Of a stretch of 64,000 nt of DNA, positions 50,551-62,272 are shown piece by piece. The DNA comes from Callorhinchus milii. Lineage: Eukaryota. Position 1 is the stretch's first letter; every line of letters begins with the position of its first letter. The translations under genes and the position numbers were made by a program. The DNA lies in assembly GCF_018977255.1 (NCBI RefSeq), contig NW_024704742.1, positions 27,220,001 to 27,284,000 of the forward strand, given 5' to 3'. Under the pieces are notes generated by a model. The model was not told where the DNA came from. It saw only the letters and a list, made by a program, of their open reading frames with translations, and did no database searches.

Positions 50551-50890
50551 GTGAAATTCCACCTGGTTTTAGGCTATAAGACCATTTATCCTTAAATGCT
50601 AAGATTGTGCAGAATTGGAGGAAATTCTTAAAATTCAGTCTAATTTGGAAGCCGGTTGTTTTCGAGAACTGCAGAAAACAGGCTTTCAACTCGAGCCTAA
50701 ATTTACGTTTCCCCCACAAAATATACAGTCAATTCACTTTACATTATATTCTGCGAAGTGCTCAACTATGATATAGAGCTATATCAAATGCATGGATTAT
50801 TCTTATTATCATTACAAATGTTCCGAACTCTTAATTTTCAAGACAAGATTGACTTATAGCAAAAACTGGTCTTAATTTCAGGTGTAATGT
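50551..50890. mobile_element. Fold-back MITE interrupted by a SINE tail
   Basis: gaaattccacctggtttta..taagattgtgcagaatt..aattcagtctaatttggaagc. Confidence 0.7.
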
Positions 50891-51066
50891 GCCACAACTC
50901 CAAAACCCAGAAGAACACCTGTGCTGTTTCAGCCTGTCAGCTTCGATTTCCCACACACTATCATTCCCATGGCTTCTCTGAGAGAGATTGTCAGTTCTCT
51001 GTGCCAATTTAAGAACACTTTTGCTCTGAGTCCTAGGAATTGGAGGGAGACTGACCAAAGACATTT
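50891..51066 (-). mobile_element. LF-SINE-like ancient SINE fragment
   Basis: Minus strand aaatgtctttggtcagtctccctccaattcctagg..aattggcac..ctcagagaagccatggga resembles the recalled LF-SINE body. A second possible piece lies at about 46935-46990 (+). Confidence 0.5.
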
Positions 51067-51150
51067 ATTTAATTGTTACAAAAGCATGCTTTGATTTAAG
51101 TCGAACGAAAAAAATTATAAGCAGAATGCATTGTGTCTTTCCCTCCGCAG

Positions 51151-51306
51151 CTTGAGAGATTCACCAGTCGACCCAAGAAGGAAAAGCTGGCCACGACACA
51201 ACAGTACTATTCTCTATCTGGCAGCTATGAGACGCCAGCTCCCTCACCTCACCGCTCCGATTCCCTGTCAGAGAAAGAGGTGATGGCCTTGTTTGAAAAG
51301 ATGCTG
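51151..51306 (+). CDS. DIAPH1: Internal coding exon of a Diaphanous-related formin (N-terminal basic region into start of the GTPase-binding G region); best match DIAPH1 exon 3
   Basis: Acceptor tgtgtctttccctccgcag| and donor |gtgagt flank 156 nt, phase 0-0. Translation LERFTSRPKKEKLATTQQYYSLSGSYETPAPSPHRSDSLSEKEVMALFEKML compares with recalled human DIAPH1 LERFTSMRIKKEKEK...VSDEQVLVLFEQML (also 52 aa). DIAPH family is high confidence; the paralog call is less certain. Confidence 0.85.
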
Positions 51307-54114
51307 GTGAGTTGCTAATCTCTCTGTGCGCTTTTACACATCTGGGGCCGGATCATCAAAGCATCACTTCACCCCTTTAATTTAAACCTTGAGAAGAAAT
51401 ATTGCTGGGCAGAAGACAAACACAGCCAAAATAGGGGACGAGTTTCAATTTAGTTAATAATGCACCAAAGATTAGTTCCGCTGTTTTCCAGCTGGTGATG
51501 TTGTCCTCTTTTTGGCCAGCTCCTAAGTTACTTTGACTCTCCAGTTCGGATGTATCAAACCACCTTGCTCCCAGGCCTTTCCTAACCTGTTGCAAGGATG
51601 GATGTTTGCTGGAATGGACTTACCTGGATTAACTACCTGCCCTCTTTTAATAGCAGATTACTTTCTCTTCCTCTACCTGTGGTCCTCTCCCCACTCCCCC
51701 ACCCCACCCCCCCCCCACACCCCCGAACCAGTCTGAGATTGTCAAGTAACCACATCTGAACGGTACCTTTATGATCCAGGATGTTAGTGCACTAAGTTCA
51801 CCACCAAATCATCCAGTAATGTCATTTCTTAAACTGCAGCAGGAGCAAACTATGTAAAATCCATCTTTCAACTGCAGCTCTAACCTTTTCATCGCTGTGA
51901 TGTGCTGCTGTGAGCGTTATTACTGTGACAGGTATTTATATTGCTGATAGGTTTTCTATTTGAGCTGCATTCAAATGGATCTAAAAGAAGGTTAATGCCA
52001 TCCAAAGTGCATTTTATTCAAATCTTTATGGCGCTCCCTTGGCTTCTGAAGTGTGGAAATATGAATCCTGTCTCCACAATAGTCAAATAAAGATCAACCT
52101 GTTGGCACCCATGGTCTCTCAAGTCCAAAAGAAAGGAAGTAGACTTAGTGGTGAGTACATTAAGGTGAATTTTTCAAAGTACAGCAAAGCCCTGATACGA
52201 ACAACTTACTTTCGTAGATCCATCAAAGCTGACATCTTTTTGTACAAAAAACAAAGAAGGGTCCAGAAGGTCAAAAGTAAATGAGTGAAATTACTCTGAA
52301 ATGTGAGAAGGAAAGTCCACACCTCAGGAGATGTGATCACAGAAAGGAATAAGGTTACGTCAAACAGCTGTTACGGCCACTCATGCTGAGTTCTGCAATA
52401 AGCTGTTTGCCAGCTTTGGAGTTACAAGGTACCATTGAGGCACAGGCTTAACAGGGGTTAGTGTTCAGTTCAAATCTAGCTTTAGATCCAGGTTGGAAAA
52501 CATCTGAAGTTTGCAACCTACAGATAAATTCCATATTGATTACCCTATAACATGTGCTGTTCTTTCAAACCAGGGAACGAAAGAATGAGAAGTTCACTCG
52601 CAGTAGAGAATAGCTTGTGTTAGACCCTGTTTGCTTCTGATCACAGGCAAATGTTTCCTCTAAAGACACTTAAGGGAGCAATGCTGCTTGGACCTATATG
52701 TCTAATGCACTTTGATGTAGTACAGTTACAGGAAATCCCATTGATACACATCACCATAAAATTCTAAAGTTATCACAGAGCATCACCTACAATGGGAAAT
52801 CCCAGAGATCGCACATCTCCACAGAGAGTGCTAATGTTATCATCTTCTAAGCATTTTGGGCAGGCAATGACTGGATGCACCTCCATTCATATCCCCCGTT
52901 GCCAACTGCCTTTGTAAAAATAAAATCACTAAAGGGATCAGTCTTATAACTTCTTAAGGAATTTGGAACAGCTAACATATTAAAACTGAGTTTGAGAATT
53001 TTCCAAAGTGCCTCATGAACTTAAATGTTAAAATAATGATCTTAAAGCTAAGATCACAAGAAATTTGGGGTCTTCAATTCCTTTCAGCACAAGGCCATGG
53101 TGCAGTGATTTACAACCACTGGCCCCTCTGATTTGTACGGGACAGAAATGTACTTAAGGACATCTTACAATAGTTTAACAAACCATTCAACCATTCACTT
53201 ATATTTCATGTTTCCTCAAATCTTAAATTCTGAATGCTACAGCAAGGAAAGATTTACCTTTGGTGCTGTTCTTCAGAACTACAATGGCAATTTGGCTCCT
53301 GGTATCCATACGTTTCTATCTTCAGTTATATTACATAATATAAGTGAGAAGGGACTGTGATTTGTATTGCTTGCAAATGAAAGAAGCTCAGGCAGGCACT
53401 GCACATAAAAAGAGCAGGAGAACTGAAGGGTTGACATTAAATTAGTATTAAAGGTCATATAGCAAGACATTTACTCTTTGAAGAGAAAAGAACACAGCAT
53501 TCGTTTTTAAATTGCGAATGCAATACCATAAATTCCTGATATCTCCTCACTCCAAGGGAAAAGGGCTCAGTGATTAGTTATCCGGAATGGCCAGTTAGGC
53601 ATATGTATAAATATTTAAATAAATGTGGCTGGGATATTGACAGCAGGATGACTTAAATGGTAGTGACAAGTTAAGCCAGGGTTGAGTTATCAAGGTTTAT
53701 TGTACAATTTTATCATTTTGTTTTGGGGTACATTGCCTGTTTCCATTGCTGGGTGTATGTTTTCTCCCCTGTTTCTCCACTGCAATGCATAATCCCTGTC
53801 GGTAACAGACTCAAACTATATCAGCTGCAAGATTTCCTTTCTTGTTCGGTGTTCAGTGCTGCTAGTTCCATCAAGAGATGTCAATACTTTCTGATTAAAG
53901 TAAGGTCCAAACTAACACAGTTTTTGACAACTCTTCTTAGTTACTTTCCAGGCAGGTGAAACAAACAAGCAGATTTTTTGTAAAAATAAAAGGGCTGATT
54001 TATGAAATCAATTCATATAAATATCATCCTCGTAGATCTGAACAAAATTATAATTATTATTTTAATATTGCTGGTGTTATTGTCCCGGGAAGCATCTGAA
54101 GAAGGAGAGGAGAA

Positions 54115-54880
54115 TTAAACGCAGCCAGCATGGATCATGAAAGGAAGATCATGCTTGACAAAACTTATCGAACTCTTTGAAAGTATACAGATACAGTGTC
54201 ATAGGTGTGTGGATATGGAATTCCATAAGGCCTTTGATAGGGTGCTATATATGAGACTCATAGCCTCAATCGGGACATGTGAAATCAAGTGAGAGGTAGC
54301 AGAATGGATTGACAGATGCCTTGAAAATAGAAATTAATTTGGCTCCTGGAGTAAAGGGCAACTTCTCAGACTGACAAGAAGTAGGGAGTGGTGTTCAGCA
54401 GAGATGGGTATTAGAACCACTATTGTTCATCATACACATATGTGATTTAGTCTCAGATATAGCAGGATTAGTGTCAAAATTCATAGATTGGGGGTGTGGT
54501 AAATACCGAAAAGGATTGCAAAAAGATGCAGGAATACATAAATAGGCTTGCAGAATGGATGGATAGGTGTCAGATGACATTTAAGTTGTAGTTTCCATAT
54601 TTCAGGGAGGATATTGTACCATTGGAGAGAATACAGCATAGATTTACAAGCAGGGATGGGCGGTTACAGCTATCAATAAAGATTGGGGAGGTTCAGATTT
54701 CCTTACACGAGCGTGTCGGGAATGGGGATACTCACTGTTGGAATCTGTGGTTGAAGCAAAAACATTAATGTATTGAAAAGGAAGTTTGATGCCTCCATGA
54801 GGAAGAAGGGAATCGGAGAGGTAAAGGCTGTTGTGGAGTATAAACACCAGCATGACTAGTTGAGCTGAATGGCCTGTTTA
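54115..54880 (+). mobile_element. Decayed, internally deleted CR1 LINE (RT to 3' tail)
   Basis: QHG.MKGRSCLTKLIELFE, MEFHKAFDRV, GVQQ..VLEPLLFII relics; tail tgtggagtataaacaccagcatg..gaatggcctgttt. Confidence 0.85.
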
Positions 54881-55649
54881 TTATTATAATAATAATAATA
54901 ATCCTTGCATTTAATATAGCGCCTTATCACGTCGTTGAGACGTCTCAAAGTGCTTCACAGAATATATTGTAAAGTGAATTGACTGCGTACTTTGTGGGCA
55001 AAACGCAAAAATATTTTGTGTTTCTGGGTGTACCATTCGATGTAATTCCATATCTGATTGTTTCACCAAGTGGCCACTTGCCTTCTTCATGTAGCAGGTG
55101 CAACTTGCGACTGTTTTCCATTCCCTCCTTCTAGAGAAAGAGTAGTCCATTTCAAAAGGGTCTTTGTGTAGCAGGTCCACCAAGAGCTAATGATACTAGC
55201 CATGACTGATCGTGACAGATCTGAGTGTTTGTCAGTACTGGGTATGTACATGTCAGCCTAGGATCACGTAGCGAGCAATCCATCTGCCACATTACCAGAC
55301 TAGTCGCCAATCATTTTTGAAAACTGGTGTGGAACAAGATGGATGCAGATACTAATTGATAATTTTACTCCTCTTGATAAATTGCTGCCTTGTGTGGCAA
55401 GCAAGGGAAGTTTCCAGTTTATAGTTGCTTTTATTTTAACCAGTGAATGCTTTTATTTTGCTGAGTGATCAAATTTTTGGTGGGGACATTTCAATGGAAC
55501 AGCAGCTGTACACGATAGGTTTTCAAGTGGGTTCATTTTTTAAAAAAAACTCATGAAAGGATTTTTTCAGAGTTTGCAGATTCGCCCAGCCACAGAGGAT
55601 ATTATAAGTCACTCATTGCAGTCTGATTTAATAATCCTTACACTTGGGT

Positions 55650-55865
55650 CAGGAGAGACTTCGCCCTTCTCTTTTTGAATAGTGCCATGGGATCTTTAGA
55701 GTCCACCTGAACAGGCAGGCGGGACCTTGGTTTAACATCTCATCCGACGGATGGCACCTCTGACAATGCAGCACACCCTCAGCATTATATAGGAGTGTCA
55801 GATTTGAGTATGATCTGTGGTTCACTCTTAATCTCAAGAGTGGTGAATTATCACACTAGCTGAAG
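55650..55865 (-). mobile_element. Deu-domain SINE core fragment
   Basis: gaatagtgccatgggatctttagagtccacctgaacaggc..ggtttaacatctcatccga. Confidence 0.8.
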
Positions 55866-56160
55866 CGAAAGTTTTAACAAGGTTTGTAGACTAATATGTC
55901 ATTAGCTTCACTTTGTTCAGCATTATAGACCATTACAGACTTCAAGTGGTTATTTCATGAGAGACCGTAATGAGATCTTTATGACCATAATGCCTGTACA
56001 AAATGATGCATGTTATTATCCATCTATGCGCCTTTATTATTCAAATTTAAACTCTCCGCGCTCTGTTTGTGCCATTCTGTGCTTCCTCAAAGGCTGTGTT
56101 TCATAAACACTCCGAGTCTGCACTGGTTGGGCCTGCATGGGTTCTGTCCACATTCACCCA

Positions 56161-56577
56161 AGGCCCCCAAATTTCATGTGGTCTTAGCCTGAAGATCATT
56201 CCCTTTTGACTGAAGATTTGTGCAGCCTTTTGAAAAATTCTTAGTGCAGTCTTCCTTTAGAAATTGAATTTCCAGGACTCAATCCACCACTGTTTATGGG
56301 ACACTGGTGTGTGCAATTGGCTGCCGTGTTTCACCCACAAAACACACCATCAATCCACTTTACAGGATATTCTGTGAAGCGCTTTGAGACGGCTCAACAA
56401 CGTGATAAGGTGCTATATCAAACGCAAGGACTATTATTATTCCTTAAGTTATTTGTAAAAACTGTGGAAAAGTGGCTCCCAAATTAAAGCTGGATTTTAA
56501 GAATTTACCAAATTTGTACACAATACAGAAGTTTAAGAGATCGTTTTATAGCTAAGACCAGGGTAACATTTGGTGCC
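56161..56577. mobile_element. Fold-back MITE interrupted centrally by a SINE fragment (56277-56441)
   Basis: Ends ggcccccaaatttcatgtggtcttagc / gctaagaccagggtaacatttggtgcc. Confidence 0.75.
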
Positions 56578-58682
56578 CCCTGCTGTTTCAGTGGTGGCTA
56601 GTTGGGCATTCTGATGGATGATCATTTATCTCTGGGCTCCTTTGATGTTTGATTGACTGATGAAATGTTGGTGAAATTTACTCTCAGCCTCTAAATATTT
56701 ATCAGAATGCTTTTTTGAACTTTCAGAATAATACTGATGTTGTCTGGGCATGAAACAAATCTCAGATCAATAATTCATTCAATCTAGCACTTGGCAGACC
56801 CCATTTTTGAGGAGACTATTAAGCCAATCGTCGACGAGACCTGGGGATAAAACTAGAAAATCAAAAGGTTCTAAATAGCACTGTCGGAGAACACGCTCTT
56901 TGAACAACCATTACACTACAAACAAAGCACTGAGGGAGCCTAGAGAGAAAAAAAACACAGATTGAGAATTTTAAAAAAGGCCACTCAGATTAATAATACA
57001 TCGATAACATTATTTTCTTCTCAAATTATGGCTGATGTATGCCCCCAGGCTCTCATTTGTGCCCTGTGCCCCGCTCAGGTAGTAATAACCAACTCAGAAA
57101 CAGATATTGATTGAAATGCCTTCCGCAGTGATGTAGCAGTTGATATTTCTTTTATCGTTAGTTGGCAAATAGCATTGCATGTTTAAATCTGGTTGATCAT
57201 TGTGTTCTAAGTGGATTTCATCCAATGCATAGAATTACATAGACTACTGTATTTCAGTACTGAAAAAAGCCATCAGACCCAACAAATCCATGCTGATGTT
57301 TTTATACTATATATGAACCTCCACTGACCCTCTCCCTGACCTCCTCCCATATTTCTCCTTCATGTATGCACAGATCTCTAATGCTAACTTGGCTCCCACC
57401 CAATGTCGTGTCATCTAAGCTGAATTCTTGCAGGTCTGAATTCTTCACAGGGTTTTTACAAGAGGCGCACAAACCTATTCTTGAAAGAGAGGCATGTAGG
57501 AATGTGAAATTCACTGACTCAGGAGATACAAAGATGCAAAATTGATTGAGACAGTCAAAAGGCTGATAAATTGATGTTCGATTAATTAATTAAGGATGTG
57601 AGAGGATATAGAGAAAAGAGGGATGACAGGAATTAAAAGATCTGCCATAGTCTAAAAAAATGTTCAAACGGTTTGAATGGACTATTCTTGTTCTTGTGAT
57701 CCTAAATTGGGCCTTTTGTTACCATTACCCCTTCAAAAATACAAAATCTTTGGTCATTTCAATCCGATGTTCCAAGCTGAGAGTCTATTCTTCACCATTG
57801 AGAGAAAATTATGACCACCAGATTTGGAAATAAGAGATTGTGTTCAACCTGGTAGGAGCTGTTACTTAAACACTGTGAAAACCCAGCGCTCAGAATAAAT
57901 CTCAGCACATATTGTACCAGAAGATTCGTCATCCTGATTGCACAATATTTCCTTCTTGTTTTACCTGTGAAGATTTTTTTTACAAAAAATATTTTTCCTG
58001 TATTTTTGTGGTCATGGTAAAACAGATTAAACCTTCAGAATACACAAAATTTTCACCGCTGCGTAAAGTTTGGCCATCTGAAAAAGCATCTTCTTTGTTT
58101 TTCCCACAAAGGCAAATAACCAACTTTATGAATATCATCATAATCTGAAAACACACAATCTTGTTGTGAAATATTTTATTAAAATTCAGTTTGAAAATCG
58201 CATCCAAAAGCATCCATTACCCTCGCCCCACCCCATCTCCCCAGCCCCTCAACTGCTTGAAACAGCTTTGCAACTGGAGAAACAGTCGGTTCAGGCTTCC
58301 TTTAGATACAGCAATTCATTTCTTGTTTAAAAGTAAACATAGACTACAATAGTTCATCCAAAATTATTTTAATTGCCTCTGACAAGCACTTATTTCATAA
58401 GGGTTATAAGTCTTCTGAATCCCAGGGGTGAAAAATGCTGCTACAATTATTTATATAAGTGATCTTGTGATTTACTGGTGAAGAAAGTAGCATCTCAGAC
58501 ATCTATTCCGAACAGTGACTGAGTGCTGTGACTGTATATTAAACCTGTTTAACCATTGGAGTATTTTTAACTTGGAAAAGGTTGATGCAGAATGGGCAAC
58601 TGTCACCCTGATTGTTTTATGTTGATGTGTGCACATTCTCTCAGGCTGATTTTATTGAAATTGCAAAACGCGCTTCTAAACA

Positions 58683-58830
58683 TGCTTTTGATCTCCCTGC
58701 TTCCCCCGCCCTCCCCCCTCCCCCACTCCGACCCTCTGCTTGGGTCCGTAACTCTGTCTGTCCAGCTCCTTAGGACGTCCTCCCGACATGAAAGGTGCCG
58801 TATAAATGTAATTTTGTCGTTGTTGTTGTT
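58683..58830 (+). mobile_element. L2 3' UTR/tail fragment
   Basis: gggtccgtaactctgtctgtccagc..ggacgtcctcccgacatgaaagg..(TTG)n. Confidence 0.88.
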
Positions 58831-59219
58831 GAGCTAAACAGACATTTTTTTCTCGAACCTTGATGTTTCGGAATCAGTGTGGAAACACTAATTGGGCGGG
58901 CATCTCCAACAAATGCACAGCAATCTGACAAAGAGTTTCACATTCGACTACAAAATACACAGTGACTCCTCTCTACAGTATATCCTGAGAAGCACTTTGA
59001 GATGTCCTCCTGATGTGAAATGTGTTATATCAAACGTAAGGATTATTTGTTTGTTTTTTATTTACTTTGAACACAACATCTTTTTATACCTTGCTCTGTG
59101 AGGCAGAAAGGGAAGCTGCATCTTCTGTGTGTTTAGTTACAAAGTGGGCGTTTTGCAATTCATACTAATGCATGAAAAGTATAAAATCCTACTGGGAAAG
59201 AGAACAAAGAAAAAAAGAA

Positions 59220-59718
59220 ACAACAAATTACATTTGAATAGCGCTTTTCACATTGGGAGGACGTCCCAAGGCGCTGCATAGTCAGAGATTTGGATCCGAG
59301 TTGGGATTAGGGAGGGTGGAGGGCAGGGAGGGTATGAAGGTGGCCGAATGCGTGGTCAAAGCAAAGGGTCTTGAGTCGTGCTTTGAAGGAGGCAAGGGAG
59401 GAGGCAAGGCAAAGGGACTGTGCTATTGAGTTCCAATGGGTTGGGGTAGAGAAGCTGAAGGCCCGACTGCCGATGGTGGGGCAGGCCAGGCGGAGGGCGT
59501 GGAGCAGGCTGGAACATGCTGAGCGGAGGGAGCGGACAGGTTGATATGTGGTTAGCAGGTCACAGAGGCAGGAAGAAGCAAGGCCATGGAGGTGGCCTTG
59601 AGGCTGAGGACGAGGATTTTGAACTCTATCCTTAGAGGAATGGGGAGCCAGTGGAGCTGGGCGATGGTGGGGGTGATAGGGTCATGGAGCCTGATGCGGG
59701 AGAGGACACGAGCTGCAG
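59220..59718 (-). mobile_element. L2 3' fragment, about 500 bp
   Basis: Homologous to about 62290-62810. Confidence 0.9.
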
Positions 59719-59871
59719 TTTAGATTAGTGCTGAACACTCAAGTTAAAGGTGAGTGCATGTTAATGACACCCACGGTCTTTTGTACAAATGGCTGGGATC
59801 ACAAAATATGTGATCAGGTCGCAAAAATATCCCGGAGGAGCAAAATATAAAATAGGATTCAAACCTCACAG

Positions 59872-59909
<38 letters not shown>

Positions 59910-60214
59910 CCTTGCATTTGATACAGCGCTTTTTCACATCTGTTAGATGTCCCAAAGCACTTCACAGAATATACTGTAAAGTGAATTGACTGTATATTTG
60001 TGGGCGAAGACGGCAGCCAATTGCGCACAGCAATGTCCCACAAACAGTCGTAAATTGAAAATGACCAATTTTATTATTGTTTTTTTTTTGGCGGGATTAT
60101 TATTAGGCGTGTGGAGTAAGGAAACTTGCCCAAGGTTTCGCCCTGCCTGGAATTGAACTCAGGTCTCTCACTTGCAAAGCGAGTGCCCTAACCACTGAGC
60201 TATAGGACTCCACA
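59872..60214 (-). mobile_element. Young short-form tRNA-Ala SINE
   Basis: Full length with a long pure (TTA)n tail. Confidence 0.95.
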
Positions 60215-60504
60215 ATTTCTTTGTAATTCTTTGTGATAATTTCTTTGTAATTCAGCCATTAATGGTATTCCACGCACAAGTGAAAGGCAAGCCAGTTGCA
60301 TGAGCAACAGTGGTTTGGTTCTTTTAATCAAGTTAATGCAACACCGCTGTAGAGACTGCTGTAGAGATCTTTCATGTTGGAACTCCATTTCCAGACAAAA
60401 GGAAATTTTCTTGTTCAAGGGCAACTTTTAGTCGTTTGCTTCTCTTAAGCATGGTTGTGGGTTTCTGCATGTGTCAGACACCCGGCTGACCCAAACAAAA
60501 TGTC

Positions 60505-60800
60505 TTAAAGTGCTTTATTATCAAGTGTAGTGACTTTCAGCCTTAAGGTGAATAGCCAATTTGATTTGGAGGATAGCTGGTCAGGTCACTGAGAGAAACT
60601 TTCACCACTGTTTGAATAGTGTAATGAGATTCTTAGCATCCACCCAAATACAGGCGGACAACACTGTGTTGATTTAATGACTCATCCATAGCACAACACC
60701 TCCAATTATACTGGCTTGGAGTGAAGCTCAAGTCCTGATATGGGACTTGAATCTGCAAACATCTGATGCACAGGCAAGAGTGCTACTAACTGAGACAAGC
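60505..60800 (-). mobile_element. Deu-domain SINE, diverged
   Basis: Core and head remnant aggcaagagtgctactaactgag. Confidence 0.7.
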
Positions 60801-60859
60801 TGACGCTGAGCTATTGCAGCTCCATGCTACTAACAGTGTCCTCAAACCAGGACATAGAC

Positions 60860-60927
60860 CAGGGTGGTCTAACCTGTTGGCTGCCGCGGGCCGGATTCCC
60901 TGTTTGAGAAAGATCCGCAGGCCACAT
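60860..60927 (+). mobile_element. Probable hAT/Charlie-type DNA transposon terminus
   Basis: cagggtggtctaacctg..gccgcgggccggat..ccgcaggccaca preceded by acatagac, resembling the Charlie NTCTAGAN-type target. Other end not found. Confidence 0.5.
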
Positions 60928-61269
60928 AAGTAATATTTTGTGTTTTTCTTCCAGAAACAAAATAACATTTACACAGCATCTTTTTCATATTGCAAGGACA
61001 CATTAAAGCGCTTGACACTGCCGGCCGGGCACATGAGCTGCGTTTGGGAGCTGAGGGAGGTAGGATGGGGATGGGAAAAGATGACTGAAAGCATGGTCAA
61101 GCAGTTGGGTCTTGATGTCATTCAAGAGCTCTTAGGCAGGCAAGTGGATTCCTAAGGAGGTATAAAGGGACGATTTTTAATATTCTTACAGAGGCAATTG
61201 TAACAGCTGTCTACTTAACTTTAAAAACTAACATCAGTTAATGGAGCTTTGAGGGTGTGCTCAGTTTCA

Positions 61270-61545
61270 TAGCCTCAGGATTGTTAGCAGAAGAATCAGG
61301 AATGAGGTTAGTAGAAATTTCTTCACTCAGAGGATTGTTAGGGTTCTGAATTCATTACCTCAAGTGTCTATTGTGGCTGGATCAATAGAATTGTTTAAAA
61401 AGAAAATGGATAAGCACCTGCTGTGAAGTAGAAAATATTAAGGGATTTGGGGGAAAGAACAGAGAAGTGGAATTAATGAAAAGTCGACCAAAAAAAAAAG
61501 CTGAATTGATGCAATGGGTCAAATGCCATTTTTCTGTGCTAAGAA
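61270..61545 (+). mobile_element. CR1 LINE 3' end
   Basis: aatttcttcactcagaggattgtt (NFFTQRIV)..tttaaaaagaaaatggataagcacctg; degraded tail. Confidence 0.75.
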
Positions 61546-62272
61546 ATTATCTGTCATTTTTTTTCTCCTTCATTCCTTGGTGAGACAATTGGGAGTTGGG
61601 AAATATAAGTCAAATTTCCCATTTGGGTATCATCTAAACCTAGAAGCAATATTGCATTGATTCCAACGGCATAAATTTGGAACAAGTTATCCGAGAAGCT
61701 CTTTCCCTTATGCTTTGATTGGCAATAAGAGTTTCTTGAACGGATTTACCAGTATCTCATACTTAGAACATCATTTCTCAGGATTTTCTGCTTGCGGCCC
61801 CTTCTCTCTCCTTGCTTTGTGTAAGAAATTACAATGTCATAACTTTGAGCAATATATATTGAAATGCCAAGCCTGAGGAACAACATTGGTTTGCCTGTGA
61901 AGATGCAAGATGTAAAAAATATCCAATATGATGGGGTTTTATTTGCGAGCTGAACCTGTATAGCACCAAGAGAAGGAGGCCTGACCTAACACGGCATACA
62001 TGGATGAGACAACTAATTGAGCAGAAAAGAGGCAAGTTTTTTTTTAACTGTGGGAATTACTTGCTCAGATCCAATTAAGTTGGTGAATTCCTCAGATGAT
62101 TCTGTAATCTCGCTTTCTATTTATTCATTCCTTTTCAGAATTATTTAATTGATATCCATGGGTAATATAAGTGAATTAACTAAGGAATTAAAGTTATTTA
62201 ATACGAAGGAGCTGACCAAAAATAGATAAAGTTGCCGTGAGTGCGTGCACTCACAGAAACCAACTCATTTCC

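Larger units (their letters stand above)
7460..57705. repeat. Dispersed CR1-type 3' tails (approx. 7460-7545 +, 9335-9455 +, 11365-11498 +, 26310-26440 -, 30785-30897 +, 32010-32155 +, 57228-57350 -, 57525-57703 +)
   Basis: Variants of gatcagccatgat..gaatggc..ggctcgagggg.tgaatggcctactcctg.tcct and gtggagtataaacacc..gg.cgaatggcctgtttctgt. The span is a summary. Confidence 0.75.
2868..59047. repeat. Dispersed tail-only SINE fragments (approx. 2868-3030 -, 17315-17460 -, 19400-19560 -, 23325-23445 +, 26825-26900 -, 27335-27440 -, 29620-29765 -, 30555-30650 +, 36905-37005 +, 37460-37545 -, 37705-37870 +, 39775-39900 +, 41585-41700 -, 44497-44620 -, 50422-50531 +, 50712-50812 +, 54882-55005 -, 56277-56441 +, 58945-59047 +)
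   Basis: Each carries variants of tgtgaagcgctttgagac..gcgctatatcaaatgcaaggattatt. The span is a summary, not one element. Confidence 0.8.

Noticed and set aside
56655..56690. Hammerhead ribozyme-like ctgatga..gaaa
   Set aside because: No pairing for stems I-III.
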